A stretch of DNA of 64,000 nt from Luteirhabdus salina (GTDB lineage: Bacteria; Bacteroidota; Bacteroidia; Flavobacteriales; Flavobacteriaceae): NCBI GenBank assembly GCA_025384855.1, contig JALAHT010000001.1:561064-625063 (forward strand), read 5' to 3'. The notes beneath the pieces are model-generated. The model worked only from the letters and a program-made list of their open reading frames with translations. It was not told where the DNA came from and made no database searches. Position numbers and translations under genes: made by a program. The first letter of the stretch is position 1. The number at the start of each line of letters is the position of its first letter. This document shows, in pieces, positions 19,301 through 28,900 of the stretch.

Positions 19301-19518
19301 TCCCAAAAAATAAAGCGTTGCAGTTGGCAAAACTCGAATACCTTTCACAGGCAAAGGGACGCGTACAAGCGCCTCCCTATTGGGCAGGATTGATTTTAAT
19401 GGGTAATACCGAACCGCTAAAAATGACATTAGATCATTCCAACTGGATTCTTTATGGAGGAATCCTTTTAATAGTTATTGGACTTCTTTTTTGGCTGTGG
19501 AGACGCAAAAAAGCTTAA
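16294..19518 (+). CDS. TPR-repeat / CHAT-domain (caspase-like protease) protein with C-terminal TM anchor
   Basis: N-terminal TPR-like helical repeats. C-terminal CHAT fold with His (…SIIHIGTHAESN…) and Cys (…LAILTACETGK…) dyad. Terminal TM helix (ILYGGILLIVIGLLFWLW). Overlaps the anti-sigma stop. Confidence 0.8.
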   Translation: MNKRFFTLMLFMIPYIIWGQHDSLVGVSRMTELVQAKKIKEANTYLAQQLSKFKKEEKADSIAKYIEFIGSFSLNQEDWDRALERTNKWVTYILSFNDPFASKYAYKELAWVQSDAGRPDLAYLSVEKALHFAKKDSSNAPPTEDDMHYNLGYYASSMGNYVASKNHYQKSLETFNKRKEKNYVSLQQVYNALGGVMWREGKMDSCQYYFQKSLEALKKTENTPENQYYRPALVMMNMAVVSNVLGKNQEAIAYSQKAINDLNDYMVNGTDEQRISAAEASKFAAIDNLGAFHNAVGEFRKAEELIEYSYQRKLKTRNPNDPNVIISKILLAQAKLNTRDLNNALYLVEEVQQQINENPAIPEYWKGSAFTTYGKILEALKRPKEAGPAYEKGRELFLQSLGGNYNNDLLSEIANMAVFYAKNNQRKKALATAEELYSASKKSEFHKTQQGLHYILAVAETYFQLGEFEKAKSFSQEVIDAIEVPKQQQKVSPDVVLNSFQLPRAILIHAQSEYALLPAITLSKINQLSNSLTNAFEVLQLRQSFLQNYEDVRFLISQNTDLFNFAKKLQLQAYQKSKDSKYLEKLIQYHESSIYNRIRARLALREYQPSDKLPASILQQESELKAKLSSALQNSSEEGISTFIKASNEWETLRETLKTDYPDYFSLKYGSILHEKNDWKNEIPANTTLIRYLFVEDELYSLVLTNNSSTLQKHTTNKLSETIEALQQHSNTVEAYREPMYILYEQLWGTIADNVATEEVIIIPDGPLFNLSFDLLTKTPIASFKELATKGLLANHCISYEPSLYMLQNGTAEVPQERFVAFAPTFDAEMKVRYKNAQKDSTAIDKTYLTLLPQPFIREVAEKYSKLFRGTAYLNDDASKMRFLSEADQHSIIHIGTHAESNNVSPELSRLIFAKGESSETVSEENSLYAYELYNYELSSELAILTACETGKPSYQPGEGMLSLTHAFTHAGSQSILTSLWNVDEKSSAAIVAAFYDHLADGVPKNKALQLAKLEYLSQAKGRVQAPPYWAGLILMGNTEPLKMTLDHSNWILYGGILLIVIGLLFWLWRRKKA

Positions 19519-20054
19519 TTCGACACGTTTTTAAGTAATGTCAAGACCTTTTTCATCGTTCTATAATTTCGTGTGGTAGCTGTCACTTTCAGCTTCTTCT
19601 CAAAATAATTGTTGTTGAATTTGGCGCGCCCATAGCCGTTCTCGGGATAGAAATAAATACATGTTTCTGCAATGATAAATTCTTCTTCTTTGGAAGCTTC
19701 CGAAGCAATAGCCGTTCTTTCTACGGAATTTGGAATGGCGTGAAGCAAGGTGAAGTAACTATTCTCTTTTTTTTCTTGCGAAAAGGGACAGTGCTTTACA
19801 ATAGCTGCTATTTCTGAAGTGGTTTTAATCAGGATTGGAACTTCCCAACCATATTTTTCCGAAATGGCAGTTTGTATTTCGGAAGTGGCTTCTTTTGAAG
19901 TTTTTTGTGTTTGAAAAACGACATTTCCAGTTTGGAGATAAGCCCGATTATTTTTGTAGCCCAAGGCTGAAAACAATCGTTCTTGGTCGGACATCGAAAA
20001 TTTCTTCTGCCCTCCAACATTTATTCCCCTTAAAAAGGCCACGTAGGTATTCAT
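19515..20054 (-). CDS. DUF1697 domain protein
   Basis: N-terminus MNTYVAFLRGINVGGQKKFSM matches the DUF1697 consensus start. Confidence 0.65.
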   Translation of the reverse strand: MNTYVAFLRGINVGGQKKFSMSDQERLFSALGYKNNRAYLQTGNVVFQTQKTSKEATSEIQTAISEKYGWEVPILIKTTSEIAAIVKHCPFSQEKKENSYFTLLHAIPNSVERTAIASEASKEEEFIIAETCIYFYPENGYGRAKFNNNYFEKKLKVTATTRNYRTMKKVLTLLKNVSN

Positions 20055-20455
20055 CAGTTCTTCTGGCGCATTTCAGCTTTTCGCATCGGCATGTTATCTA
20101 TTTTTGAAAAGAAAACGCTTGCGGGTTCGGGACGATTCGATTGATATTTTTCACCCCCATCCAAACCGATTAGTGTAATTTGAAAATCTTCTCCTACGGC
20201 AATTTCACTTTCACCAGTAACTTCAGTATTGAAGTTTGTTTTATACCCCTCAGATGTTACGTGGTAAATGACCAACTTTCGGTCTTTCAATCCTGACATT
20301 TTCTTTTTCAACATAGTAAGTTGTCGTTGTGCAAGATGATTATCGAAGGTTTCAGAGGTTATGACCAATAAACGGTCGTTCCATTGGTGCTTGGTGAGGT
20401 TTTGGGAAAACATAGCAAATGAAATAAAAAATAATAGTAGGGAAAGCATTTTCAT
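20054..20455 (-). CDS. DUF4174-like secreted protein
   Basis: Signal peptide plus small conserved core. Weak family recollection. Confidence 0.4.
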   Translation of the reverse strand: MKMLSLLLFFISFAMFSQNLTKHQWNDRLLVITSETFDNHLAQRQLTMLKKKMSGLKDRKLVIYHVTSEGYKTNFNTEVTGESEIAVGEDFQITLIGLDGGEKYQSNRPEPASVFFSKIDNMPMRKAEMRQKN

Positions 20456-20501
20456 AGGTACAAGGTACTATACTTGAAGGCGAATTTGCCTTAAGGAAGT
20501 A

Positions 20502-21728
20502 CTAAAGTCTATCGGAAATTGCCTTGGCTACCATAAATCCTCCCGTCCATGCATTCTGAAAATTAAAGCCTCCCGTTACGGCATCGATGTTTAGCACTTC
20601 TCCCGCCAAGTATAAGTTTCGATGTTTTTTGCTTTCGAAGGTTTTGAAATCGACTTCCACTAAATCCACCCCTCCGGCAGTGACGAACTCTTCCTTAAAG
20701 GTGCTTTTTCCTTCTACTTGAAAAGTAGCATTGGTAAGTTGTTGGGCCAACGTTGAAATATCGGCGTTCGATAAGTGCGCCCAATTCGCTTCCTTTGCAA
20801 TTTTGGAAGCTGTTACCAACCGTTTCCAAAGACGTTTCGGTAAGTCGAATTGTGGATGGGTAGCGACTTGTTTTTTGGCAAGCGATAGTTTCAATTCCTT
20901 CAGCATTTCCACACATTCCGCTGCGGAAACATCCATCAGCCAATTCACTCTAATAGAAAAATGATACTCCACCGTAGCCAAATCGCGTGCACCCCAAGCG
21001 GAAAGTTTAAGAATCGCCGGACCGCTCATTCCCCAATGGGTAATCAGTAATGGCCCATCCGCTTCAAGTGATGTATTTGATAGTCCTTCAATTCGAATTG
21101 TGGCTGGCGTAGAAACCCCTGCCAAACCTTCAATTCGGGAATCTTGAATATTAAAGGTGAACAAGGAAGGTACGGGTGAAATAATGGTATGTCCCAACCG
21201 TTTCAACAGCTTCCATATCTTCGGATTGCTACCCGTAGCAACCACTACGGAAGAAGCAACAAACTGTTCTTCTTTTGTTTCTATATGCCAATATTCATCA
21301 TCAAAGGTGACCTCTTGTACCGAATGACCTGTCAACACCTCAACCCCTAACCGATTGGCTTCACCTAAAAAACAATCGATAATAGTTTGGGAATCGTCTG
21401 TTATGGGAAACATACGGCCATCATCTTCGGTTTTCAGCGGAATGCCCTTTTCTTCAAACCAACCGACTGTATCGCCCGTCATAAAAGTATGAAATGGGCC
21501 TAAGAGCTCTTTTTTTCCACGCGGATATTGTTCCACCAATTCCTTTGGAAGAAATTCGGCATGGGTAACATTGCAGCGTCCGCCTCCAGAGATTTTGACC
21601 TTCGTCAATACTTCCTTCCCCCGCTCCAAAATGATGATTTTGAGATTCGGCTTTTGTTCCGCTAAGTTAATAGCTGTAAAAAACCCCGCGGCACCACCGC
21701 CAACGATTATGACGTCGGCCGATATCAC
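20502..21728 (-). CDS. HI0933/BaiN-like FAD-dependent flavoprotein (aminoacetone oxidase family)
   Basis: N-terminal dinucleotide fold (VIIVGGGAAGFF), GGGRCNVTH motif and C-terminal GGFNFQNAWTGG. Confidence 0.8.
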   Translation of the reverse strand: MISADVIIVGGGAAGFFTAINLAEQKPNLKIIILERGKEVLTKVKISGGGRCNVTHAEFLPKELVEQYPRGKKELLGPFHTFMTGDTVGWFEEKGIPLKTEDDGRMFPITDDSQTIIDCFLGEANRLGVEVLTGHSVQEVTFDDEYWHIETKEEQFVASSVVVATGSNPKIWKLLKRLGHTIISPVPSLFTFNIQDSRIEGLAGVSTPATIRIEGLSNTSLEADGPLLITHWGMSGPAILKLSAWGARDLATVEYHFSIRVNWLMDVSAAECVEMLKELKLSLAKKQVATHPQFDLPKRLWKRLVTASKIAKEANWAHLSNADISTLAQQLTNATFQVEGKSTFKEEFVTAGGVDLVEVDFKTFESKKHRNLYLAGEVLNIDAVTGGFNFQNAWTGGFMVAKAISDRL

Positions 21729-23164
21729 CTGTTCAGTTTTTCAGCGCCAAATCCTTCACATAAATCGATGGTTTCCTTTACGTGTTCCATCGTCGTACGT
21801 GGATTGATCAAACACATACGAAGTACAATCTGGCCGTTTAAAACAGTAGTTACTAATAAAGCTTCACGAGAGCCGACCACCTTTTCGGAAATATATTGGT
21901 TCAATTTATCGAGCTCTTTTTCACCCAACTTTTCCTTAATCGGATTGTACCGAAAGTTGATCACTGCTAAGGTCGCTGGAGAAATTACTTCCCAATACGC
22001 ACTTTTACGAAGTAAGGCCTCGGTGCGCTCTGCCATTTCAATATTGTAGGTAATCGCTTTGCGAAAGGCTTTTAGTCCGAAAGTCTTTACGCTCATGTAG
22101 AATTTCAAAGCTCTGAAACGCCGGGTAAGCTGAACTCCGTGGTCGTAAAAGTTTATTTCACTTTCATTTCCTTCTACATCGCGCAGGTATTCTGGTTTTT
22201 CGGTGAAGGTATTCTTCAGCCATTTGCTGTTTCGGACTAACAAACAGCCCATTTCATAGGGTTGAAAAAACCACTTATGCGGATCGACCGTTAACGAATC
22301 AGCTTTTTCGATGCCTTTCAGCAATTGCTTACCGTTTTTCGCTAAGATTGCAGCACCACCATAGGCGCCATCTATATGAAACCAAAGTCCTTCACTTTTA
22401 CAGATTTTGGATAGTTCGGTAAGCGGATCGACCGTTCCTGTGTTCGTGGTACCTGCCGTTGCCACCATGCAAAAAGGTTGAAGTCCTTCTAACTTGTCTT
22501 TTGCGATAGCATTTTTCAGCTTATTGATGGAAAGCTTGAACTCTATGTCGGTGGGAATGATGCGAATTTGTTCTTTTCTAAACCCTAGAATTCGGATGGC
22601 CTTGATATTCGATGAATGCGCCTGATCGGAAAGATATATAACCGCCTTGCTAAAATCGTCTCCGCACTTAATGCGTCGTGCCGTTACGATAGCCGTTAAA
22701 TTTGCCATCGAGCCTCCGCTGGTAAAGATTCCGCCTCCCTTTTTTGGTGGGAAGCCGAAGATTTTCAACAACCAGTTAAGCGTAACAATTTCCAATTCTG
22801 CCGCGGCTGGACTTGCAGCCCATCCCCCAGAAAAAATATTAAACCCAGTAGCCAAGGTATCGGCCATGGCACTGACGTAGTTGCTTGGTCCCGGAACGAA
22901 GGAGAACGATTTTGGATGTGAAACGATAGCACTTTGCGTCATTACATTCTGAAGCACAAAATCTAATACCTCTTGCGCATCGGACGGTTTTTCGGGTGCT
23001 TCTTCCAGAAACATCCTATCCATTTCGGAACGAGAGGCCAATGCCACCGGTTTCTTGTCATTTTGCGTAGCCGTATGGTCTACTACGGCATCCACGATGG
23101 AATAACCATATTCCTTCATTTGCTCCTTCGATAATTCCAACCTTGCATTTGCGTCCAGTTTCAC
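21725..23164 (-). CDS. Group II PLP-dependent amino-acid decarboxylase (aromatic-L-amino-acid / DABA decarboxylase family)
   Basis: SGGSMANLTAI… and the DPHKW PLP-lysine motif. Confidence 0.8.
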   Translation of the reverse strand: MKLDANARLELSKEQMKEYGYSIVDAVVDHTATQNDKKPVALASRSEMDRMFLEEAPEKPSDAQEVLDFVLQNVMTQSAIVSHPKSFSFVPGPSNYVSAMADTLATGFNIFSGGWAASPAAAELEIVTLNWLLKIFGFPPKKGGGIFTSGGSMANLTAIVTARRIKCGDDFSKAVIYLSDQAHSSNIKAIRILGFRKEQIRIIPTDIEFKLSINKLKNAIAKDKLEGLQPFCMVATAGTTNTGTVDPLTELSKICKSEGLWFHIDGAYGGAAILAKNGKQLLKGIEKADSLTVDPHKWFFQPYEMGCLLVRNSKWLKNTFTEKPEYLRDVEGNESEINFYDHGVQLTRRFRALKFYMSVKTFGLKAFRKAITYNIEMAERTEALLRKSAYWEVISPATLAVINFRYNPIKEKLGEKELDKLNQYISEKVVGSREALLVTTVLNGQIVLRMCLINPRTTMEHVKETIDLCEGFGAEKLNR

Positions 23165-23272
23165 GATTCAATAGGGTTTAAAATTCGCTGCAAAAGTACG
23201 GCTTTAAAAGGGTTTCCGCATAAAAAAAGCACGCCAAGATTAGGGCGTGCTTTTTTATTTGAAATTAATTTT

Positions 23273-24745
23273 CTATCGAACAACCAACTTTCGGATGGCC
23301 GCCTCGGTATCAGTTTCAAAACGGATAAAGTAAACGCCTGCAGCTACAGGAAGGTTCACCGTATTTTCACCACTAACGACCGCTACTTCAAATACATTCT
23401 TCCCTGTAACATCATAGACGGAAAGCGTTTCAAAGCCTACCATATTATCGAAATTGATGGTTCCTTTGGAAGGATTCGGATAGAAGCTAAAGTCTTGTAA
23501 GATTTCATCTTCAACAGAAAACTCTGCACAGCTAATTGGATCAAAAATTACTTCACCCAAAGAACTATCGTCGGGTTGATGAAAGATTACTTCTTCCGCA
23601 TCGGCTAAAGAATTCGGGGCATCATTTTCTTTCCAACAGTTATTTTTCGCCTGAATCGTATTTGGTGTGTTGTTGTATAAAGCAAAGGTTTGACCACTGT
23701 TTTCATTTTCGGAAAAGATGTTATCCCCAGAATTGTTTACTTCATCACCCAAGTTGATTGATGCTTCCCCTTGTAGCGTAATGCCCCAAAGGTTTCTGCG
23801 AATTTCATTTCCTTGCGCAATCACTTCCATTCCGCCAGAAGATGTATTAAGGTTAATACCACTTCCACCTAGGTTAGGATCGCCTTGGGTGTTATTGTCT
23901 TCAATCACATTAAAACGCATATAGGCGAACGAATTATTCCCTAGCATGGTAATTCCATACCGGTTGTCGGTAATAACATTATCATCAATTATCGCTCGGA
24001 TGTTGCCACCAACAAAGTTTGCAATGGCAATTCCCCCCACTTGGTCAAGGGCAGGATCGCCTTTAATCGTGTTTTGAATAATCTTTAGTGAATCGTTCAC
24101 TTTCGTGATTCCCAAATTGATTTGCGGACGGTTGCTATTCTCTTGTGTATTCCCTTCAATATAATTGTTGAAGATGTAGGGTGAAACTTCAATATTGGCA
24201 CCCGATGAAATCGCCGGCAACTGATTAAAAGTTATCGTATTATTCGTGATTTGTGGTACTCCCCGAGAAAGGGAAATGGTTCCGCCGGTAGTAGCACCTT
24301 CTACATTGTTTGTCAACGTACAGTTATTTAAGGTGAAGGTTTCGGTCAACACTCGCAATCCACCCCCAAATTGGATGGTACTGTTTTGAATATTGATCTC
24401 TGAGAATTCCTCGAAGCGAAATCCTTCGTATGGTGCTGCTTCATCGATGGCAGTAAAGGTGACATCATCGGCCGTAACCTCAAATGTTCCAAATACCGTA
24501 ATCAAGAGATCGGCATCGATGGATAAGGTTAGGTCTTCATCGATAATTACTGTATCGGAAGCGGCAATTTCAAGATTTTCCAACAACTCGTATTGATCGC
24601 CACTAACCGTAATCGTACTCGGGCTCGCATTCGCGATATCGTCGAGCGTCCAAACGACTCCAGTATCGGGAGTTGTAAACGTCTGTGCCAATAAAACAGC
24701 TGGCGTAATAAATAGTAAAAGGAGTAAAAAAGTATTCTTTTTCAT
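23273..24745 (-). CDS. T9SS-secreted protein with right-handed parallel beta-helix repeats and C-terminal Por sorting domain. Start taken at MKKNTFLLLLLF (signal peptide).
   Basis: Signal peptide. Beta-helix-type Asn/Gly/Thr-rich repeats. C-terminal about 80 aa with T9SS CTD character (…FYPNPSKGTINF…LSVYDVTGKNVF…GVYFIRFETD…). Confidence 0.75.
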   Translation of the reverse strand: MKKNTFLLLLLFITPAVLLAQTFTTPDTGVVWTLDDIANASPSTITVSGDQYELLENLEIAASDTVIIDEDLTLSIDADLLITVFGTFEVTADDVTFTAIDEAAPYEGFRFEEFSEINIQNSTIQFGGGLRVLTETFTLNNCTLTNNVEGATTGGTISLSRGVPQITNNTITFNQLPAISSGANIEVSPYIFNNYIEGNTQENSNRPQINLGITKVNDSLKIIQNTIKGDPALDQVGGIAIANFVGGNIRAIIDDNVITDNRYGITMLGNNSFAYMRFNVIEDNNTQGDPNLGGSGINLNTSSGGMEVIAQGNEIRRNLWGITLQGEASINLGDEVNNSGDNIFSENENSGQTFALYNNTPNTIQAKNNCWKENDAPNSLADAEEVIFHQPDDSSLGEVIFDPISCAEFSVEDEILQDFSFYPNPSKGTINFDNMVGFETLSVYDVTGKNVFEVAVVSGENTVNLPVAAGVYFIRFETDTEAAIRKLVVR

Positions 24746-24902
24746 GATTTTATTGAATTTTTTCCAAAAATACGTACTCATGTTGCAGTACCCAATGAAT
24801 TCCCTAAAAAGATTAAGGGTTGAAGTGAAGTTTCCTCTTAAATTTTTCTCAAATTGAAGGGTGTGGTTTAACAAGGTCAAAAAATCCCCGTACTTTTAAA
24901 GA

Positions 24903-25958
24903 ATGGAAATCGTACTATACGTCCTTACCGTATTTTTTATCGTTACGCCATACCTGCCAGCCACCGAGCATCCGCATTGGTTTTATCGGATGCCCGATTT
25001 TGTGCGACTGCAAACCATTGGGATACAGCTATTGCTAATCGTATTATTTTTCTTCATAATACAACCGTGGCACTTAGCCGACTACATCATGGTGGCAGCA
25101 TTGCTGGTTACCCTAATTTATCAAATTGTAAAAGTATTTCCCTACAGCAAGTTGTATCCAAGGCAAAAACCCGATTTTGAAAGCGGGGGTTGTGTTTCCA
25201 TCTTGGCCGGTAATGTTTTTCAGGACAACCACAGCTACGATAAGTTTATTGCAGAAGTAAAACGATTCGATCCAGATATGGTATTGACGATGGAGTCTGA
25301 CCAGAAATGGGAAGATGGTTTGAGCGAATTAGAAGAAACCTATCCCCATACAACCAAGATTCCGTTGGATAATTATTACGGAATGCATCTTTACAGCAAA
25401 ATTGCCCTAAAGAATTTGGAGGTTCATTATCATGTTGAAGACGACATACCTTCTATTTTATTCGAATGCCCCGTAACCGAAGCCCAAGATGTATTCTTTG
25501 CCTGTTTGCATCCTGCCCCACCAAGTCCGACTGAAAATGAAACCTCGAAGGAGCGCGATGCTGAGTTGATGATGGTAGGTAAAAAGATTCGTGAAATGAA
25601 AAAACCAGTGGTGGTGTGTGGCGACATGAATGATGTGGTTTGGAGTAGAACAACACGATTGTTCAAAAAAATGACGGCTATGATCGACCCGCGTATCGGA
25701 CGCGGTTTCTTTCCTACCTACCATGCGGGATATCGATTAATGCGGTTCCCTCTCGACCATTTGTTCCATACCAAGGATTTATTTGTGAAGACGATGATCC
25801 GTAGTAACAACTTCGACAGCGATCATTTTGCGATGTATTACGAAATTCACTTACGTGCGGGTAGAGGACCTGAAACGAAAGGCGAATTGGATACAGAGGA
25901 AAAACATGAAGTGGAGGAAAAGATTGAAGAGGGCATTGAAAAAACCAAAGAATCTTAA
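24903..25958 (+). CDS. Endonuclease/exonuclease/phosphatase (EEP) family membrane-anchored hydrolase
   Basis: N-terminal TM helices. EEP C-terminal motifs (…DHLFHTKDL…SDHFAMYYE). Confidence 0.7.
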   Translation: MEIVLYVLTVFFIVTPYLPATEHPHWFYRMPDFVRLQTIGIQLLLIVLFFFIIQPWHLADYIMVAALLVTLIYQIVKVFPYSKLYPRQKPDFESGGCVSILAGNVFQDNHSYDKFIAEVKRFDPDMVLTMESDQKWEDGLSELEETYPHTTKIPLDNYYGMHLYSKIALKNLEVHYHVEDDIPSILFECPVTEAQDVFFACLHPAPPSPTENETSKERDAELMMVGKKIREMKKPVVVCGDMNDVVWSRTTRLFKKMTAMIDPRIGRGFFPTYHAGYRLMRFPLDHLFHTKDLFVKTMIRSNNFDSDHFAMYYEIHLRAGRGPETKGELDTEEKHEVEEKIEEGIEKTKES

Positions 25959-28900
25959 TTTCTATCCAATCCCTTTTCCAAAACCGAACGAATGCCTTCT
26001 AAATTAGTACTAAATTCCATCATCTGAAGCAGCAGTTGTGCCATTTCATTTTTATCACCCAATCCCTTTAGTTTATTGTTCTTTTCAAAGGTTTCCTTAA
26101 TAGATTCCCATCGCTCCTTTTCTTCAGCCGTGAGTGTTCCTCGCAATTCTCTAAATTTCAAAAGGTTTGCTTCTGCGGAAGCATTTAGCGTTTGGGCTTC
26201 ACTTTCATAATGTGAAAGAAGGAGTGTATCGATTTCCTTTGTATTCATAATCGGTACAACTTTCGCCACCAACTTATTCATATCCCGATAAGAGCCTTGA
26301 AGCTTGAAAGGGGGTTCGGTTCGATACGCATCTTCCATAGCAGCACTTTTGATGTATGTTTTATTTACGGCTAACACTGTTTCACGCACCATGACAATTT
26401 TTTCCAATACCGATTCGTAGTCCTTTACTTCCTGCGAACTATAGTTCCCAAGTAATTGACCATCGGCTGTATGGTTTTCAACCCGATCCAATAAGGTATA
26501 GAAATCTTCAAAGTGAACGCTGCTTAATTGGTGCATCAGCGGATTTGAGGTTAGTGCGTTTTCAACCAAACTCAGTTTAAACAGATGTTCGGTATCCCCG
26601 ATAATATCTCCCAAATTGTAAATATCGGCCCGGTTTGCTAACATATCTGGTATCTGGAATTTTTCACCACTTTCCGTATACGGGTTTCCCGCCATCACCA
26701 CGCAGAACTTTTTTCCGCGTAAATCATAGGTTTTCGATTCGCCTTTATGAACCCCCTCAATTTTTCGGGTTCCATCAGAAAGAGATATAAATTTCTGCAG
26801 AAATTCGGGACTACAGTGTTGGATATCATCCAAGTAAAGCATCACGTTATTCCCCATCTCAAAAGCGAGGTTCAGTCGCTTTAATTCTTCTCGGGCGGCA
26901 CTGTTAGTCGCTGCCATGGGGTCGACAGAGGTAACTTCATGACCGATGGCCGGACCGTTAATCTTCACAAATACCAACCCGAGTCTATTGGCAATGTATT
27001 CCATCAAGGTTGTCTTACCATATCCTGGTGGTGAAATGAGCAGCAGCATTCCCATTCGGTCCGTTCGCTTGGCATCGCCTACAGTTCCCAACTGCTTCGA
27101 CAAATTATCGCCAATCAACGGCAAGTACACTTGGTCTATCAGTTTGTTACGTACGAAGGAGGTAAGCACTCTAGGCTTAAATTCTTCAAGCTTTAAGTTC
27201 TTCTTCATCTGCTCTATAACAGCATGTTTCGTCTTACGGAAATGTTCGAAAGCCGGCACCTTTTCACCTAAGAAGATAGCCATTGAATTCATGAATTCAT
27301 GGTAATCGAATTGGAATGCTCCCTCCTTAATAGTTTCATGACTACCTTTTAGGTTTTTGATAGTTGCGGTAGGCGATGCATTTTTGGTGGCTGAAACTGA
27401 GGCATCTTCAAAAATGATTGCACAAACTACCTCATCGATATACTTGCGATGCGTAGCGAGGTTCTCCGTAGCCGAAGTACTTTTGATATATGCCGAAACC
27501 CACTGACGAACCAATCGGATTTTAGCCTCGTATGATGATGCCTCTTCATAGCCTTTCTTAAATTTGATATCGGCCTGTTGTTTCTTTAAGGCTTTTTGGA
27601 AGTTATCACTTAGTGTCCCTGCTTCCGCGCTCTGGATAAATGTTGCATCACCTTGCAATTCCTCAAAAATGTATTGAGCGATATTTTTGGTCATTACAAC
27701 ATCAAAAAGCGGAGCTTCCTGCAGGAAAACTTCAATCTGACGACAAATTTTTTCAATAATATAATCATATTCAGCGCTGTTGGGAAAACATTGAATAACC
27801 ACTCCAGAAGCTTTTATAGCGCGGTCTAGTATGCCGCGATGTTGCGCCTTCATTCCATGCCAAAAGAATTGCGCATTGGCTCTGATCTCTGGGTGAAATT
27901 TTAATAATCCTAAATCGAGATGTTTTTGAATCAGCACTTGTAAAATTGCCGTCGCATCATGATCGTGAACTCCCTTGATGTATCCTTCCGCATACGATTC
28001 TCTACTCAGGTTTTGAACAAACTGGAGCAGTTCGCCATCGTTGTGGTGAAGTGTATCTTCATTACTTACTTTCGCAAAAGCCTTGTACGCTAGGTACGCG
28101 CCTCGATATACCGCCTTGTTTTCCGAGATATACTCTTGTTCCCACAAGTCAGCGGATTCCAAAAGGGTTTCATCGGTGATGCTTTCATAATAGTCCGTTC
28201 CGGTGAGGTGGGCCTGCAAGCCCTCTTTTTTGTGAACGATAGTAAGGTCTAACGGTTGTCGGTTTACACCAAATTTATGACTACCCAATCGAATAACATT
28301 TTCACCATCCTCATACAGTTCGTTCTTATCCTTTAGTTTTCGCAACGCTTCTTCGCGAGCGGTTTTCAATTTGGTTTCAATGGCTTCCGCTTTTCCACTA
28401 TCCTCCATTTCACGAAGCTTCTGAATAATGTCGCGTACCTTATTCACCATTAGGTCAGAAGCAAAATATCCATTCACTTCAGCACCGGTAGTGAAACGCT
28501 CTGCCTTTTTCTGAACACCATTTAGGATACGCGTTGCGGCACTTTCAAAAGCAACGGCTTTTTTGTTTCGCTTTTCAACCAATGCATTTTTCTGGGCTTC
28601 GAAAGCGGCATACACCTCTTCCCTTTTTTCGATAATCACTTCAATAAAAGCTTCGAAATCGGCAAACTTCCCTTCCAATTCCTCTAGCTGAACCGAAATC
28701 TTATTTTGAAATTCATCACATTTCTCCGGCGTGGCAGCCATATCGAGATAATTGATGATACTTTGGTCGATAAGCTTCAGTTGCGCCGCAAAATCGGCTT
28801 CGGCCTCGGCTTTAACCAAAGACTTCCGCTTGTTTTTCAAGCTTGCTTTCAACTGATTGATAGAAGCGAAGATTAAGGAAATATCATCGATAATCTTGGT

